Positions 9,421 to 24,542 of a stretch of 64,000 nucleotides of DNA are shown here, piece after piece (the first letter of the stretch is position 1; each line of letters starts with the position of its first letter). The notes under the pieces are model-generated. The model did no database searches and had not been told where the DNA came from. It saw only the letters and a list, made by a program, of their open reading frames with translations. The stretch comes from Eledone cirrhosa (lineage: Eukaryota). The position numbers were made by a program, and so were the translations under genes. The stretch covers positions 15,810,001 through 15,874,000 of the forward strand of contig OZ024766.1 of NCBI GenBank assembly GCA_964016885.1. The letters are read 5' to 3'.

Positions 9421-10486
9421 GTCATGTTGAATGTTTTTCATGATGTTGTGGTAGGCATATTTCTGGTCATCCACCAGTCAAGGTTTATTTTCATCCACAA
9501 ACTTACGCAACACTTCAATATCATGGTTTGTCTCCTGAAAAACTGATTGTATTACCTCAATTTCTTCTGGCTCTGGCATCCTGCATTGCTATTCATTGCT
9601 GGAATTCAATGGGACAGGTTGCACAGAGGTTGATTGTAAATCCTGGAGGTAGATTCCACATAAATATTGCTATAACATCTTTGGGCTAGGTGTAGATAGT
9701 CGTCTGACATATTGTTTTTGTACTCCTGCCAGGGTAGATGAGATTTATTCCAGATGCTGTGAGTATCGTAGCAAACAACTGTCTTATTTAACTGACTGCT
9801 CCTTCTAGTCCCTTCTTCCAATGTCAGTTGTCATACAGGTGTCCATGGCTGTCTTATTTAACTGGCTACTCCAGTGACTGCTCCTTCTAGTCCCTTCTTC
9901 CAATGTCAGTTGTCATACAGGTGTCCATGGCTGTCTTATTTAATTGGCCACTCCAGTGACTGCTCCTTCTAGTCTCTTCTTCCAATGTCAGTTGTCATAC
10001 AGGAGTCCATGGCTGTCTTATTTAACTGGCTACTCCAGTGACTGCCCCTTCTTGTCTCTTCTTCCAATGTCGATTGCCATGCAGGAGTCGATGTTCTTTA
10101 GATGCTTCTTGGTATGTGCTGCTCTTCCACCAAATCACCTGAGATCCTCAAATGACGTTGGTCCTTGAACAATAAGCAGATGTGACTGTAAATAAAAACT
10201 CTCTCTGTTGTTGGGGTGGTCATTGTAAACATGCCCAATAGCATCACTTTCCTTGACTTCATCACCTTCCACTAAATGACCCTGCTTCCTTTGATTCCAA
10301 GTCTTACAATTGGTCCATGTGTAGTATTTTGGGATGTCAGCATATAGGAGGGATCGAAGAAATTCTTTATTCTGGCAGTGTTTCAAAAAAGCAGTTAGAG
10401 TAGTGTCAGGTGGTGCTGGTGTCAACTGATGAGCAGTGGTTTCAGTGAAGTACACACTCTGTCCATTTTCTATATGTATAGAGATA
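9421..10486 (-). mobile_element. Helitron Rep/helicase relic, unit 2 (spans the minisatellite)
   Basis: GPTSFEDLR segment, then the repeat, then LFATILTA...WQEYKNNMSDDYLH...IYNQ.L...GMPEPEE...ETNHDIEVLRKFVDENKP*LVDDQKYAYHNIMKNI, ending just before the expected Pif1 Walker A motif. Confidence 0.88.
9779..10076. repeat. 82-bp minisatellite array, unit 2 (about 4 copies)
   Basis: Same monomer; the first copy has a 12-bp deletion. Confidence 0.95.
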
Positions 10487-11247
10487 AGGATGAAAAGCAA
10501 AGTTAATCCCTCAGAGGTTAGCTTTGCCTTTCATCCCTACGGGGCGGATAAAATAAAGTACCAGTAATGTACTGGGGTATTTCCTAGCCTTGTGCCTAAA
10601 TTAGAAACAATTATTACGGGATCGATAAAATAAAGTACCAGTCATACACTGAGGTAATTGCTGGCCTTGTGCCTAAAGTAGAAACAATTATTACGGGATC
10701 GATAAAATAAAGTACCAGTAGTACACTGGGGTAATTGCTGGCCTTGAGGCTGAAGTAGAAACAGTTATTACGGGGTTGATAAAATAAAGTACCAGTAATT
10801 CACTGGTGCTATTTGCTGGCCTTGTGCCTAAAGTAGAAACAGTTATTACGGGGTTGACAAAATAAACTACCAGTAATACACTGGGGTATTGCCGGCCTTG
10901 TGGCTAAAGTAGAAACAATTATTACGGGGTTGATAAAATAAAGTACCAGTAATTCACTGGTGTTATTTGCTGGCCTTGTGCCTAAAGTAGAAACAGTTAT
11001 TACCTGGCTGATAAAATATAGTACCAGTAATTACTGGCCTTGTGTTAAAAGTAGAAACAATTATCACATTTCTTTTTAATAAATCACATCACTATAGAAT
11101 TAAATACGACTGGAAATGTGTGTGAAGGTATTAAATTATGTCAGGGACTTTTAACGTTTGACACCGTACGAGAGTTGAAATATACGCAACGAGACCGAGT
11201 ACCTGCTGCCTTCATTATAACTTTAATTAATCTGATTATATCTTGTG

Positions 11248-11278
<31 letters not shown>

Positions 11279-12676
11279 AGTTTAATACCCCGACATCTGT
11301 CTTACACTGTCATATCTATTCTTACTTTACAATTGTGTCTACTAAGAGTTCCATTACAATCTGTAGTAGTAAAACTACTATTTCACCAGAACATCTGCTA
11401 TCAGTCATTTATAGACAATATATATATTTGAGACCACATATCAACCTAATATATATATATTTCCTATCAAATCTGTAGCTAAAGACATAAAGTCAGCCTC
11501 ACTACTTCATTCTGACAAGATATCAATTTATGACTAAAGATGAAGAAGATACACCAACGTTAATGTCGTGAAATAAAGCTGATAACATTGAAACTTCTAA
11601 TTTGATAACAAAGAGATTATTTCTTTGGTTGTTTAGTAACAACTAACAACACAATACATTGATTATATGTTAAGGAGGTAAGTTGACAAAGATTTACTTA
11701 ATGTCTATATTAATGTGTGTAAATAATATAATTATTTGAACCTTACAACGATCCAGTAATTAACCAGATTCCACTGTTACATGTGATATAAAATATATTG
11801 TTATCATGACTGTCTTTATTATTTAAATTACCTCCGTCTATTTAATTATCTTGTTCACTCCCTTACATTATAAAATATAGTTTATATTTAGCTCTACCTT
11901 GTTATTGCTTTAAGTAAATTAAAGATATATTTATTATTTAAATTACCTCCGTCTATTTAATTATGTGGTTCACTACCGTACATTATAAAATATAGTTTAT
12001 ATTTAGCTGTACCTTGTTGTTGCTTTAAGTAAATTAATATTTTGTCTATTTTAGTCTAAATCTCTTACAATTTAATTAACTTCATCTACTTATGGTTGAA
12101 CATTACTTTATTGTGGGTTTCATTTCATTATAATTATGTCTGAGTTAGCCAGCCAAGTAGGGGTTGAGTATCTGTATTTCAGGGAACTGCTTTGATGGTG
12201 AAGGGACATCTGTTGGTGTGGGATCTCGGTGGCTGTACATAATAAGGTTCTAATACTCTAAAGAGCTAGCTGAATAACCGTCTGATACATGTCTTGTATA
12301 GAGGATCATAAAGCCATGTATAGAAGAGCAGTCAGCAATGTCAGGATTAACATTCATTATAGTGAAGTGGCAGTATCGGTAGAGAGTCGGACACCATGCT
12401 TTGAGGCACAGAGTTACGTCCCTTTATGATCTGAGTTCAAATCCCGCCGAGGTTAACTTTGCCTTACATCCATACGGGGTTGATAAAATAAAGTACCAGT
12501 AATGTACTGGATAATTGCTGGCCTTGTGTTTAATATAGAAACAATTATAGTGAATAATTTGGAGTGTAGTGTGGTATCCACCAGGGCTCTGTTGTTAGCC
12601 CTCACTTAGTTATTATCGTCCTGCAGCCTATAACAGAGATGTTTAAGACTGGCTGCCCATGGTAACTCTTGTATGC

Positions 12677-13230
12677 ACAGCAGGACCTGAAGAATGCGGT
12701 CATGTGCATTTTCAAGGTCTATAAAACGATAATATATACCTCTTAGCAATACTCCCACGATTTCTCAAAGACGTGCCACAGTGTGAATATTTGGTGGGTT
12801 ATGTTGCACCCAGGGAGAAAACAGCACTGTCCATCAGCTAGCTTGGACTCGCTACATCACTTTGCCAGAAACTTTGCATATACTTTACCAGGGAGTCTTA
12901 ACAAGGTGATCCCTCTCTATTTGGAACAATCTCTCGTGTGTCCCTTTTTATAAATTGGGATTATCACTCCCGATTGCCTTTGCTTGAGTGCCATTTCAGA
13001 GACCCAGGCCATCTGACACACATGAGTCGGTCACATTTGAGCTCTTTAATTGCTCTTCTGACCTCAGCCTCCGAGAGATTAGTCACCGCTATCAGATTCA
13101 CCTCATGTACATCCGAAGATGCTGTTGTGATCGGGTTTGGGAGATCAGCAAAGTATTCTCTCCACCTCATGAGGATCCATCTCTCTGAAGAGAAAAGAAC
13201 CCCAGATACACTCATGGTTGCAGGTGTGGA
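12677..13230 (-). mobile_element. RTE-clade LINE fragment, unit 2
   Basis: ORF 12964..13215(-) RWREYFADLPNP..EAEVRRAIKELK; paralogue of 3491-4040. Confidence 0.8.
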
Positions 13231-13764
13231 GAAAGATTTCTTGTAACTAATTAAAAACTAAAATAATTTGATTTTTCAATAAAAAGTTTCCAGGGTTTAT
13301 AGATGTAAAATTTCCACTGTTAAATCTATCTCTGCTTCTTAAGTATTCTCTATTATTTCATACTGTTTCTTTTTCATTTCAGAATATCAGATGACATTAG
13401 GATAAATTATTATCTTCAATCTTGGATACATCACCTCTATTTATCATCATTTGAAGATTAAAACTTTTTAAACAGAACTTATATAACACTGTTTATATAA
13501 ATCTATCAGAATTACTGTGATATATTTCCTCAGAACTGAGTTTAAAGACAAAATTCCTTTTCTTCACTGTGTGGTATATATATATGAGAGATATATTTTG
13601 TATTTTAACTCAGCTTCAATGACAAAGAAGTTTGCATCATCTTCAGGTATTAACTGAGATCATAATTGAGGGAAATATAACAGAAGAAATATTTTTTAGG
13701 AATATAATATAAAAAATATTAAAGAATAACATCTGTAAATTCTGCCAAGGGTAGAAGAATTATT

Positions 13765-15714
13765 ATGGAAAATAAATTGAGTGAAACGAAGATTAAATGT
13801 GAAACAATGTCTAAAGATATGGCTATTACAGAAGAGATGTCAAAGGATAGAGGAGAGAAGCCATATCACTGTGATGTTTGTGGTAAATCATTCTCTGAAA
13901 GTAGTAAATTAACTAGTCACAAACGTATACATACAGTAGAGAAGCCATATCACTGTGATATCTGTGGTAAATCATTCTTTGTTAATGGTAATTTAACAAG
14001 CCACAAACGTACACATACAGTAGAGAAACCATATCACTGTGATGTCTGTGGTAAATCATTCCTTGATAATAGTAAATTAACTAGCCACATGCGTATACAT
14101 AGAGGTGAGAAACCATATCACTGTGATATCTGTGGTAAATCATTCTCTGAAAGTGGTCACTTAACTAGCCACAAACGTATACATACAGGAGAGATGCCAT
14201 ATCACTGTGATATCTGTGGTAAATCATATTCTCAGAGTAATGCCTTAACAAGCCACAAACGTATACATACAGGAGACAAGCCATATCACTGTGATATCTG
14301 TGGTCAATCATTCTCTCGAAGTGGTACCTTAACTAGCCACAAACGTATACATACAGGAGAGAAGCCATACCACTGTGATATCTGTGGTAAATCATTCTAT
14401 GATAGTAGTACCTTAACTAGCCACAAACGTATACATACAGGAGAGAAGCCATATCACTGTGATATCTGTGGTAAATCATTCTTTGTTAATGGTAATTTAA
14501 ATAGCCACATGCGTATACATACAGGAGAGAAGCCATATCACTGTGATATCTGTGGTAAATCATTCTTTGTTAATGGTAATTTAAATAGCCACATGCGTAT
14601 ACATACAGGAGAGAAGCCATATCACTGTGATATCTGTGGTAAATCATTCTCTGTAAGTGGTAACTTAACTAGCCACAAACGTATACATACAGGAGAGATG
14701 CCATATCACTGTGATATCTGTGGTAAATCATTCTCTGTAAGTGGTAACTTAACTAGCCACAAACGTATACATACAGGAGAGATGCCATATCACTGTGATA
14801 TCTGTGGTAAATCATATTCTCGGAGTAATGCCTTAACAAGCCACAAACGTATACATACAGGAGACAAGCCATATCACTGTGATATCTGTGGTCAATCATT
14901 CTCTCGAAGTGGTACCTTAACTAGCCACAAACGTATACATACAGGAGAGAAGCCATACCACTGTGATATCTGTGGTAAATCATTCTTTGTTAATGGTAAT
15001 TTAAATAGCCACATGCGTATACATACAGGTGAGAAGCCATATCACTGTGATATCTGTGGTAAATCATATTCTCACAGTAATGCCTTAACTAGCCACAAAC
15101 GTATCCATACAGGAGACAAGCCATATCGCTGTGATATCTGTGGTAAATCATTCTCTCGAAGAAGTTACTTAACTGAGCACTTACGTATCCATACAGGAGA
15201 CAAGCCATATCACTGTGATATCTGTGGTCAATCATTCTCTCGAAGTGGTACCTTAACTAGCCACAAACGTATACATACAGGAGAGAAGCCATACCACTGT
15301 GATATCTGTGGTAAATCATTCTATGATAGTAGTACCTTAACTAGCCACAAACGTATACATACAGGAGAGAAGCCATATCACTGTGATATCTGTGGTAAAT
15401 CATTCTTTGAAAATAGTAAATTAACTAGTCACAAACGTACACATACGGGAGAGAAGCCATATCACTGTGATATCTGTGGTAAATCATTCTCTGAAAGTAG
15501 TACCTTAACTAGCCACAAACGTATCCATACAGGAGAGAAGCCATATCGCTGTGATATCTGTGGTAAATCATTCTCTCAAAGTAGTCCCTTAACTCAACAC
15601 TTACGTATCCATACAGGTGAGAAGCCACATCACTGTGATATCTGTGGTAAATCATTCTCTCAATTAAGTAATTTAACTAAACACAAAAATACCCATACAG
15701 GTAAGAAACCATAA
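13765..15714 (+). CDS. Tandem C2H2 zinc-finger protein, 22 fingers (ZNF-2)
   Basis: 649-aa ORF: 33-aa leader plus 22 x 28 aa. Confidence 0.95.
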   Translation: MENKLSETKIKCETMSKDMAITEEMSKDRGEKPYHCDVCGKSFSESSKLTSHKRIHTVEKPYHCDICGKSFFVNGNLTSHKRTHTVEKPYHCDVCGKSFLDNSKLTSHMRIHRGEKPYHCDICGKSFSESGHLTSHKRIHTGEMPYHCDICGKSYSQSNALTSHKRIHTGDKPYHCDICGQSFSRSGTLTSHKRIHTGEKPYHCDICGKSFYDSSTLTSHKRIHTGEKPYHCDICGKSFFVNGNLNSHMRIHTGEKPYHCDICGKSFFVNGNLNSHMRIHTGEKPYHCDICGKSFSVSGNLTSHKRIHTGEMPYHCDICGKSFSVSGNLTSHKRIHTGEMPYHCDICGKSYSRSNALTSHKRIHTGDKPYHCDICGQSFSRSGTLTSHKRIHTGEKPYHCDICGKSFFVNGNLNSHMRIHTGEKPYHCDICGKSYSHSNALTSHKRIHTGDKPYRCDICGKSFSRRSYLTEHLRIHTGDKPYHCDICGQSFSRSGTLTSHKRIHTGEKPYHCDICGKSFYDSSTLTSHKRIHTGEKPYHCDICGKSFFENSKLTSHKRTHTGEKPYHCDICGKSFSESSTLTSHKRIHTGEKPYRCDICGKSFSQSSPLTQHLRIHTGEKPHHCDICGKSFSQLSNLTKHKNTHTGKKP

Positions 15715-17776
15715 CAAAGTCATATCTCATTGTCTCAAAATTGTAAATTAATTAGAAACAAATACATTCATATGAGTGAGAAGCCATACCACTGTGATAT
15801 TGTGGAGAAATTATTCTCTTGTATTGCTACATTAACTACATACAAACATAAATATATACTGGAGAAAAGCCATATTACAGTGATATCTGTGGAAATTGTT
15901 ATCTATAAAAGCTAGCTTAACTAGACACAAACATATATATACAGGAGAGAAACTATATCACTGTGATATCTGTGGGAAATCATTCTCTGAAATAAGTCAC
16001 TTCACTCAGCACTAACATTTACAGAAAAGGAACCATATCATTGTGATATCTGCAGTAAATCATTCTCTAAATGTGGCTTCACTAGACACTAACATATACA
16101 GGAGAGGAACTATATCACTGTGATGTCTGTGGTAAATCCTTCTCTAAATGTTGAGAATTCCCTACACACTAACATATACAGGAGAGGAACCATATCACTG
16201 TGTTGTCTGTGGTAAATCATTTTCTAAATGTTGTGGTACCAACATAAGGTTACTTAATGTAACAGAAACACAATCAGACAAGATAAAAACCATATCACTC
16301 ACCCAAAATAGTGCCACCAATGTTGTTAATGTTTTGAATAAAACTTGTTTGTTCTGAAATTATTCTCCTCTCATTTTATTAGTAGAAGTTGTAACCAAGA
16401 CTTATGCTGACAAATCTGTATGGTACAGAATTTACAAACACTGTATATATATATATATGTGCCAAAACATCTATGATCTCGGTTTACAGCTGATGAAGGG
16501 TTTATTTTCTCCTTTCATCCATATTACCATCTCAAACTTTGTTTACAGTAACCACACAGCTCCTTTCGTTTCTTAGAATTTTATATATATATATATAACA
16601 AAGGAGATGTGGTAAAGAACCAGATGGACCATATACACACCAGAGTACTCAATACTTACGGTAGTAGAGCGGGTAATAGGTAAATGTTTAACCCCGACGG
16701 CAGAGCTCAAACCGTTTCGACGGCTATTTCTGGAAACAGTCCAGACATAACCGTCGAAATGGCTTGAGCTCTGCCGTCAGGGTTAAAGGTTTTCCTATAT
16801 ATATATATGTATGAGTGTATATTTCAGTGTGTAGAAATTTCTGTCCATGAAAATGATTATCTTTATTTGTGTATATGTGTATATGTGTATATGTATATGT
16901 ATGTTTATATGTGTTCTTATATACATGTGTGCACATCTTGAAATATTTTCAGTGTCTGTTCTAGTTCTCAGAGTACAAATCCCACTGAGGTAAAGTTGCT
17001 TCGATATTTTGAGGTCAATAAATGAAATACCAGTGAAATACTGGGGTGGTTAATTCCTCTTCTTTGTCATTGTCTGTTTGTCTACTCATCTCTTTCTCTG
17101 TATATATATATATATATCCAAAATTAAGATAAATTAAAATAAAATTAATGTAAATCAAATTATGGGTGTCATGCCAGAAAGACAGGCGCCATATCACTCG
17201 TAAAATAAGCTCCATGGAGCTTATTTTATGGGTGATATGGTGCATGTCTTTCTGGCATGACACCCATAATTTGATATAGAATAATTTTATTTTAATTTAT
17301 CTTAATTTTGGATACATATATATATATAAGTACGGCCCCTTAATTGTAGAGCTAACTCTGTTGAAAGGACCTGACTGCTGTTTCTAGTTGTCAATAACTC
17401 TATTCACGCCACTGGGACAAAGCTGGTATGATGTGTGTATTTTTAGTAGATACAGCACGTGTTACTGGTCAGTCGCTGATTTGAACTTGATGCGTAAACA
17501 CAGATGGTTGGACTTCTTCCTGGTTGAGAATCCAAGATCTGGCTACTGTCGTTTACCAATCGATTAATTGGTGAAATATATTTCTTTAATGGAATATATA
17601 CAAGGAAGATTTATCATTTTCTAAGGTATCTATTTTTGAAGTTCTAGTTAAACTTTATTTAGTTACCTACCTAGCAATGTGTGCTTACACACTTTTACAA
17701 ATTATCCCCTGTGATTGTTTCATATGTTTATTTATATTTCAATCAATTTCTAGTTGATATATATATATATATATAT

Positions 17777-18062
17777 CAGTTCAATTCTCAGACCGGGTGA
17801 TGTGTTGTTTCCTTGAGCAAGACACTTTATTTCACATTGCTCCAGTTTACTCAGCTGTAGAAATGAAATGATAGGGACTGGGGTCCCTATCATTCCACTT
17901 TAAAGTGGTCGTGGAGGTGCCACGGCAAAAAAGCACCCAGCACTCACTGTAAATGAGGTTGGTGTTAGGAAGGGCATCCAGCTGTAGAATTCAAGCCAGA
18001 ATCAGTTCCCGTCTCACCCTTGCAAGCAGGGAAAAGTGGACGTAAAATGAAATGATGATGAT
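17777..18062 (+). mobile_element. 5'-truncated SINE (B box, CORE-like domain, RTE-like tail) inserted in (TA)n; units 2 and 5 only
   Basis: agttcaattc B-box-like; gtttccttgagcaagacactt resembles the CORE-SINE domain; tail ggttggtgttaggaagggcatccagctgtag...gatgatgat. Units 1, 3, 4, 6 have an uninterrupted TA tract here. Confidence 0.82.
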
Positions 18063-19024
18063 ATATATATATATATACACGTGGAAAAGTAAAATATAGC
18101 AGAACAGACCGTTAAAAGATGTTTATTTAAAATAGCAACTATGTACATTTCACCTGGATGGGCTTCTCAAGGGTATAAATAACTAAAAAGTGTTCCTTAC
18201 ATGGCCCAGAATGTGTTTTTAGAGATAAGTTCACGTCAGAGTTCATTCTACGCGAAAAAGCGTGTTTTGATTTTGCAGTAGGTCAAGGGAGGTAATTCTA
18301 GCTGGTGTTAGGGCAGTCTTTCCCGGAAAATTTTTTTATCTGTTAAAAGATATGGTTACAACCCTACCATTGTCGATACGCACAGGGTCAGGTATGCAAC
18401 GTTTGTTTGCTGCACCTGCCCGCCTGGGTCACTTGAAGCCATGTCTGGGATACATGGTTAGTTTCATGATTTTTTTTGCAGCACCTGCTATATATATATA
18501 TATGAGCGAGACACGGTCACCCGACCTAACTTGCTTCTAAATACGACAAACCCGTCCAACCCATGCTAGCATGGAAGATAGATAATAATCGATGATGATG
18601 ATATCTAGGGATTGTAACATTACCACAACAGAAGTCTGACAAGCTTTTGATTCCAGAGTCAGGCTAGATCAATACAGATCAAACCTTGAGCTGATCGATA
18701 GCAAAACGTGCTTCACTGCTCAATAAATGTAATGAAGACATGACAAATTGTCCTCTCGCTCCCTCTCTCTATATATAGAGAAAAGGTGAAGTTAGAAATA
18801 GCACGGAAAATATATTTTAGGGCCTGTTTTATGTTATATATCTTTTGATTCGTTAAAGTGACCCTATTGAAAAAATGGGAGAGACATCATCATTCATCAT
18901 CATTTCATTTCACGTCCACATTTTCCCTGCTTGCAAGGGTGGTACGGGAACTGATTGTGGCTTGATTTCTAAAGATGTATGCCCTTCCTAACGCCAACCT
19001 CATTTACAGTGAGTGCTGGGTGCT

Positions 19025-21166
19025 GTCATGTTGAATGTTTTTTATGTTGTGGTAGGCATATTTCTGGCCATCCACCAGTCAAGGTTTATTTTCATCCACA
19101 AACTTACGCAACACTTCAATATCATGGTTTGTCTCCGGAAAAAGTGATTGTATTAACTCAATTTCTTCTGGCTCTGGCATCCTACATTGCTATTCATTGT
19201 TGGAATTCAATGGGACAGGTTGCAAAGAGGTTGATTGTAAATCTTGGAGGTAGATTCCACATAAATATTGCTATAACGTCTTTGGGCTAGGTGTAGATAG
19301 TCGTCTGACATATTGTATTTGTGCTCCTGCCAGGGTAGATAAGATTTATTCCACATGCTGTGAGTATAGTAGCAAACAACTGTCTTATTTAACTGGCTAC
19401 TCTAGTGACTGCTCCTTCTAGTACCTTCTCCCAATGTCAGTTGTCATACAGGTGTCCATGGCTGTCTTATTTAACAGGCTACTCCAGTGACTGCTCCTTC
19501 TAGTCTCTTCTTCCAATGTCAGTTGTCATACAGGTGTCCATGGCTGTCTTATTTAACTGGCTACTCCAGTGACTGCCCCTTCTAGTCTATTCTTCCAATG
19601 TCAGTTGTCATACAGGTGTCCATGGCTGTCTTATTTAACTGGCTACTCCAGTGACTGCTCCTTCTAGTCTCTTCTTCCAATGTCAGTTGTGATACAGGTG
19701 TCCATGGCTGACTTATTTAACTGGCTACTCCAGTGACTGCTCCTTCTAATCTCTTCTTCCAATGTCAGTTGTCATACAGGAGTCCATGGCTGTCTTATTT
19801 AACTGGCTACTCCAGTGACTGCTCCTTCTAGTCCCTTCTTCCAATGTCAGTTGTCATACAGGTGTCCATGGCTGTCTTGTTTAACTGGCTACTCCAGTGA
19901 CTGCTCCTTCTAGTCTCTTCTTCCAATGTCAGTTGTCATACAGGTGTCCATGGCTGTCTTATTTAACTGGCTACTCCAGTGACTGCTCCTTCTAGTCTCT
20001 TCTTCCAATGTCAATTGTCATACAGGAGTCCATGACTGTTTTATTTAACTGGCCACTCCAGTGACTGCTCCTTCTAGTCTCTTCTTCCAATGTCAGTTGT
20101 GATACAGGTGTCCATGGCTGACTTATTTAACTGGCTACTCCAGTGACTGCTCCTTCTAATCTCTTCTTCCAATGTCAGTTGTCATACAGGAGTCCATGGC
20201 TGTCTTATTTAACTGGCTACTCCAGTGTCTGCTCCTTCTAGTCCCTTCTTCCAATGTCAGTTGTCATACAGGTGTCCATGGCTGTCTTATTTAACTGGCT
20301 ACTCCAGTGTCTGCTCCTTCTAGTCTCTTCTTCCAATGTCAGTTGTCATACAGGTGTCCATGGCTGTCTTATTTAACTGGCTACTCCAGTGACTGCTCCT
20401 TCTAGTCTCTTCTTCCAATGTCAATTGTCATACAGGTGTCCATGGCCATCTTATTTAACTGGCTACTACAGTGACTACTCCTTCTAGACCCTTCTTCCAA
20501 TGTCAGTTGTCATACAGGATTCCATGGCTGTCTTATTTAACTGGCTACTCCAGTGACTGCTCCTTCTCGTCTCTTCTTCCAATGTCAGTTGTCATACGGG
20601 TGTCCATGGCTGTCTTATTTAACTGGCTACTACAGTGACTGCTCCTTCTAGTCCCTTCTTCCAATGTCAGTTGTCATACAGGAGTCCATGGCTGTCTTAT
20701 TTAACTGGCTACTCCAGTGACTGCCCCTTCTTGTCTCTTCTTCCAATGTCAATTGCCATGCAGGAGTTGATGTTCTTTAAATGCTTCTTGATATGTGCTG
20801 CACTCTTCCTCCAAATCACCTGAGATCCTCAAATGACGTTGGTCCTTGAACAATAAGCAGAAGTGGCTGTAAATAAAAACTCTCTCTGTTGTTGGGGTGG
20901 TCATTGTAAACATGCCCAATAGCATCACTTGCCTTGATTTCATCACCTTCCACTAAATGACCCTGCTTCCTTTGATTCCAAGTCTTACAATTGGTCCAGG
21001 TGTAGTATTTTGGGATGTCAGCATATAGGAGGGATCGAAGAAATTCTTTATTCTGGCAGTGTTTCAAAAAAGCAGTTAGAGTAGTGTCAGGTGGTGCTGG
21101 TTTCAACTGATGAGAAGTGGTTTCAGTGAAGTACACACTCTGTCCATTTTCTATATGTATAGAGAT
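19025..21166 (-). mobile_element. Helitron Rep/helicase relic, unit 3
   Basis: Paralogue of 9421-10486; ORF 20816..21181(-). Confidence 0.87.
19380..20755. repeat. 82-bp minisatellite array, unit 3 (about 17 copies)
   Basis: Same monomer over about 1.38 kb. Confidence 0.97.
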
Positions 21167-23362
21167 AAGGATGAAAAGCAAAGTTAATCTCTCAGAGGTT
21201 AGCTTTGCCTTTCATCCCTACGGGGTCGATAAAATAAAGTACCAGTAATACACTGGGGTAATTGCTGGCCTTGTGCCTAAAGTAGAAACAATTTTTACGG
21301 GGTCGATAAAATAAAGTACCAGTAATACACTGGAGTAATTGCTGGCCTTGTGGCTGAAGTAGAAACAGTTATTATGGGGTTGATAAAATAAAGTACCAGT
21401 AATTCACTGGTGTTATTTGCTGGCCTTGTGCCTAAAGTAGAAACAGTTATTACCTGGCTGATAAAATATAGTACCAGTAATACACTAGGGTAATTACTGG
21501 CCTTGTGTTAAAAGTAGAAACAATTATCACATTTCTTTTTAATAAATCACATCACTATAGAATTAAATACAACTGGAAATGTGTGTGAAGGTACTAAATT
21601 ATGTCAGGGACTTGTCACGTTTGACACCGTACGAGAGTCGAAACATTCGCTAAGACACCGAGTACCTGCTGTCTTCGTTATAACTTTAATTAATCTAATT
21701 ATATCTTGTGTAACAATTATATATATATATATACACACACAATTTTAATTCCCCGACATCAGTCTTACACTGTCATATCTATTCTTACTTTACAATTGTG
21801 TCTACTAAGAGTTCCATTACAATCTGTAGTAGTAAAACTACTATTTCACCAGAACATCTGCTATCAGTCATTTATAGACAATATATATATTTGAGACCAC
21901 GTATCAACCTAATATATATATATTTCCTATCAAATCTGTAGCTAAAGACATAGAGTCAGCCTCACTACTTCATTCTGACAAGATATCAATTTATGACTAA
22001 AGATGAAGAAGATACACCAACGTTAATGTCGTGAAATAAAGCTGATAACATTGAAACTTCTAATTTGATAACAAAGAGATTATTTCTTTGCTTGTTTAGT
22101 AACAACTAACAACACAATACATTGATTATATGTTAAGGAGGTAAGTTGACAAAGATTTACTTAATGTCTATATTAATGTGTGTAAATAATATAATTATTT
22201 TAACCCTACAACGATCTAGTAATTAACCAGATTCCACTGTTACATGTGATATAAAATATATTGTTATCATGACTCTTTATTATTTAAATTACCTCCGTCT
22301 CTTTAATTATCTTGTTCACTACCTTACATTATAAAATATAGTTTATATTTAGCGGTACCTTGTTGTTGCTTTAAGTAAATTAAAGATATATTTATTATTT
22401 AAATTACCTCCGTCTATTTAATTATCTTGTTCACTACCATACATTATAAAATATAGTTTATATTTAGCTGTACCTTGTCATTGCTTTAAGTAAATTAAAG
22501 ATATTTTTGTTATCTAAATTACCGCCGTCTATTTAATTATCTTGTTCACTACCTTACATTATAAAATATAGTTTATATTTATCTGTACCTTGTCATTGCT
22601 TTAAGTAAATTAAAGATATATTTATTATTTAAATTACCTCCGTCTATTTAATTATGTGGTTCACTACCTTACATTATAAAATATAGTTTATATTTAGCTG
22701 TACCTTGTTATTGCTTTAAGTAAATTAATATTTTGTCTGTTTTAGTCTAAATCTCTTACAATTTAATTAACTTCATCTACTTATGGTTGAACATTACTTT
22801 ATTGTGGGTTTCATTTAATTGTAATTATGTCTGAGTTAGCCAGCCAAGTAGGGGTTTAGTATCTGTATTTCAGGGAACTGGTTTGATGGTGAAGGGACAT
22901 CTGTTGGTGTGGGATCTCGGTGGCTGTACATAATAAGGTTCTAATACTCTAAAGAGCTAGCTGAATAACCGTCTGATACATGTCTTGTATAGAGGATCAT
23001 AAAGCCATGTATAGAAGAGCAGTCAGCAATGTCAGGATTTACATTCATAGTGAAGTGGCAGTATCGGTAGGGAGTCGGACACCATGGTTTGAGGCACAGA
23101 GTTACGTCCCTTTATGATCTGAGTTCAAATCCAGCTGAGGTTAACTTTGCCTTACATCCATACGGGGTCGATAAAATAAAGTACCAGTAATGTACTGGGT
23201 AATTGCTGGCCTTGTGTTTAAAATAGAAACAATTATAGTGAAGAATTTGGAGTGTAGTCTGGTGTCCACCAGGGCTCTGTTCTTAGCCCTCACTTAGTTA
23301 TTATCGTCCTGCAGCCTATAACAGATGTTTAAGACTGGCTGCCCAGGGGAACTCCTGTATGC

Positions 23363-23895
23363 ACAGCAGGACCTGAAGAATGCGATCATATGCATTTTCA
23401 AGGTCTATAAAACGATAATATATACCTCTTAGCAATACTCCCACGATTTCTCAAAGACCTGCCACAGTGTGAATATTTGGTGGGTTATGTTGCACCCAGG
23501 GAGCAAACAGCACTGTCCATCAGCTGTGACTCGCTACATCACTTTGCCAGAAACTTAGCATATACTTTACCATGGAGTCTTAACAAGGTGATCCCTCTCT
23601 ATTTGGAACAATCTCTTGTGTGTCCCTTTTTATCAATTGGGATTATCACTCCCGATTGCCTTTGCTTGAGTGCCATTTCAGAGACCCAGGCCATCTGACA
23701 CACATGAGTCGGTCATATTTGAGCTCTTTAATTGCTCTTGTGACCTCAGCCTCCGAGAGATTAGTCACCGCTACCAGATTCACCTCATGTACATCCGAAG
23801 ATGCTGTTGTGATCGGGTTTAGGAGATCAGAACAGTATTCTCTCCACCTCATGAGAAGAGAAACCCAGATGCACTCATGGTTGCAGGTGTGGAGG
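23363..23895 (-). mobile_element. RTE-clade LINE fragment, unit 3
   Basis: ORF 23646..23852(-); small deletion relative to other units. Confidence 0.78.
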
Positions 23896-24066
23896 AAGAT
23901 TTCTTGTAACTAATTAAAAACTAAAATAATTTGATTTTTCAATAAAAAGTTTCCAGGGTTTATAGATGTAAAATTTCCACTGTTAAATCTATCTCTGCTT
24001 CTTAAGTATTCTCTATTATCTCATACTGTTTCTTTTTCATTTCAGAATATCAGATGACAATGGGAT

Positions 24067-24300
24067 AAATTATTATTTTCAATCTTGGATACATCACCTC
24101 TATTTATCATCATTTGAAGATTAAAACTTTTTAAACAGAACTTATATAACACTGTTTATATAAATCTATCAGAATTACTGTGAAAATAATTATTTTCAAT
24201 CTTGGATACATCACCTCTATTTATCATCATTTGAAGATTAAAACTTTTTAAACAGAACTTATATAACACTGTTTATATAAATCTATCAGAATTACTGTGA
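24067..24300. repeat. 117-bp tandem duplication in the putative 5' UTR (units 3 and 6)
   Basis: caatcttggatac at 24080 and 24197; also at 58315 and 58432. Confidence 0.9.
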
Positions 24301-24542
24301 TATATTTCCTCAGAACTGAGTTTAAAGACAAAATTCCTTTTCTTCACTGTGTGGTATATATATGAGAGATATATTTTGTATTTTAACTCAGCTTCAATGA
24401 CAAAGAAGTTTGCATCATCTTCAGGTATTAACTGAGATCATAATTGAGGGAAATATAACAGAAGAAATATTTTTTAGGAATATAATATAAAAAATATTAA
24501 AGAATAACATCTGTAAATTCTGCCAAGGGAAGAAGAATTATT

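Noticed and set aside
15730-16357. Small ORFs downstream of ZNF-2 (and 41741, 49803)
   Set aside because: Fragments of decayed fingers with non-ATG or fortuitous starts; not open in all units.
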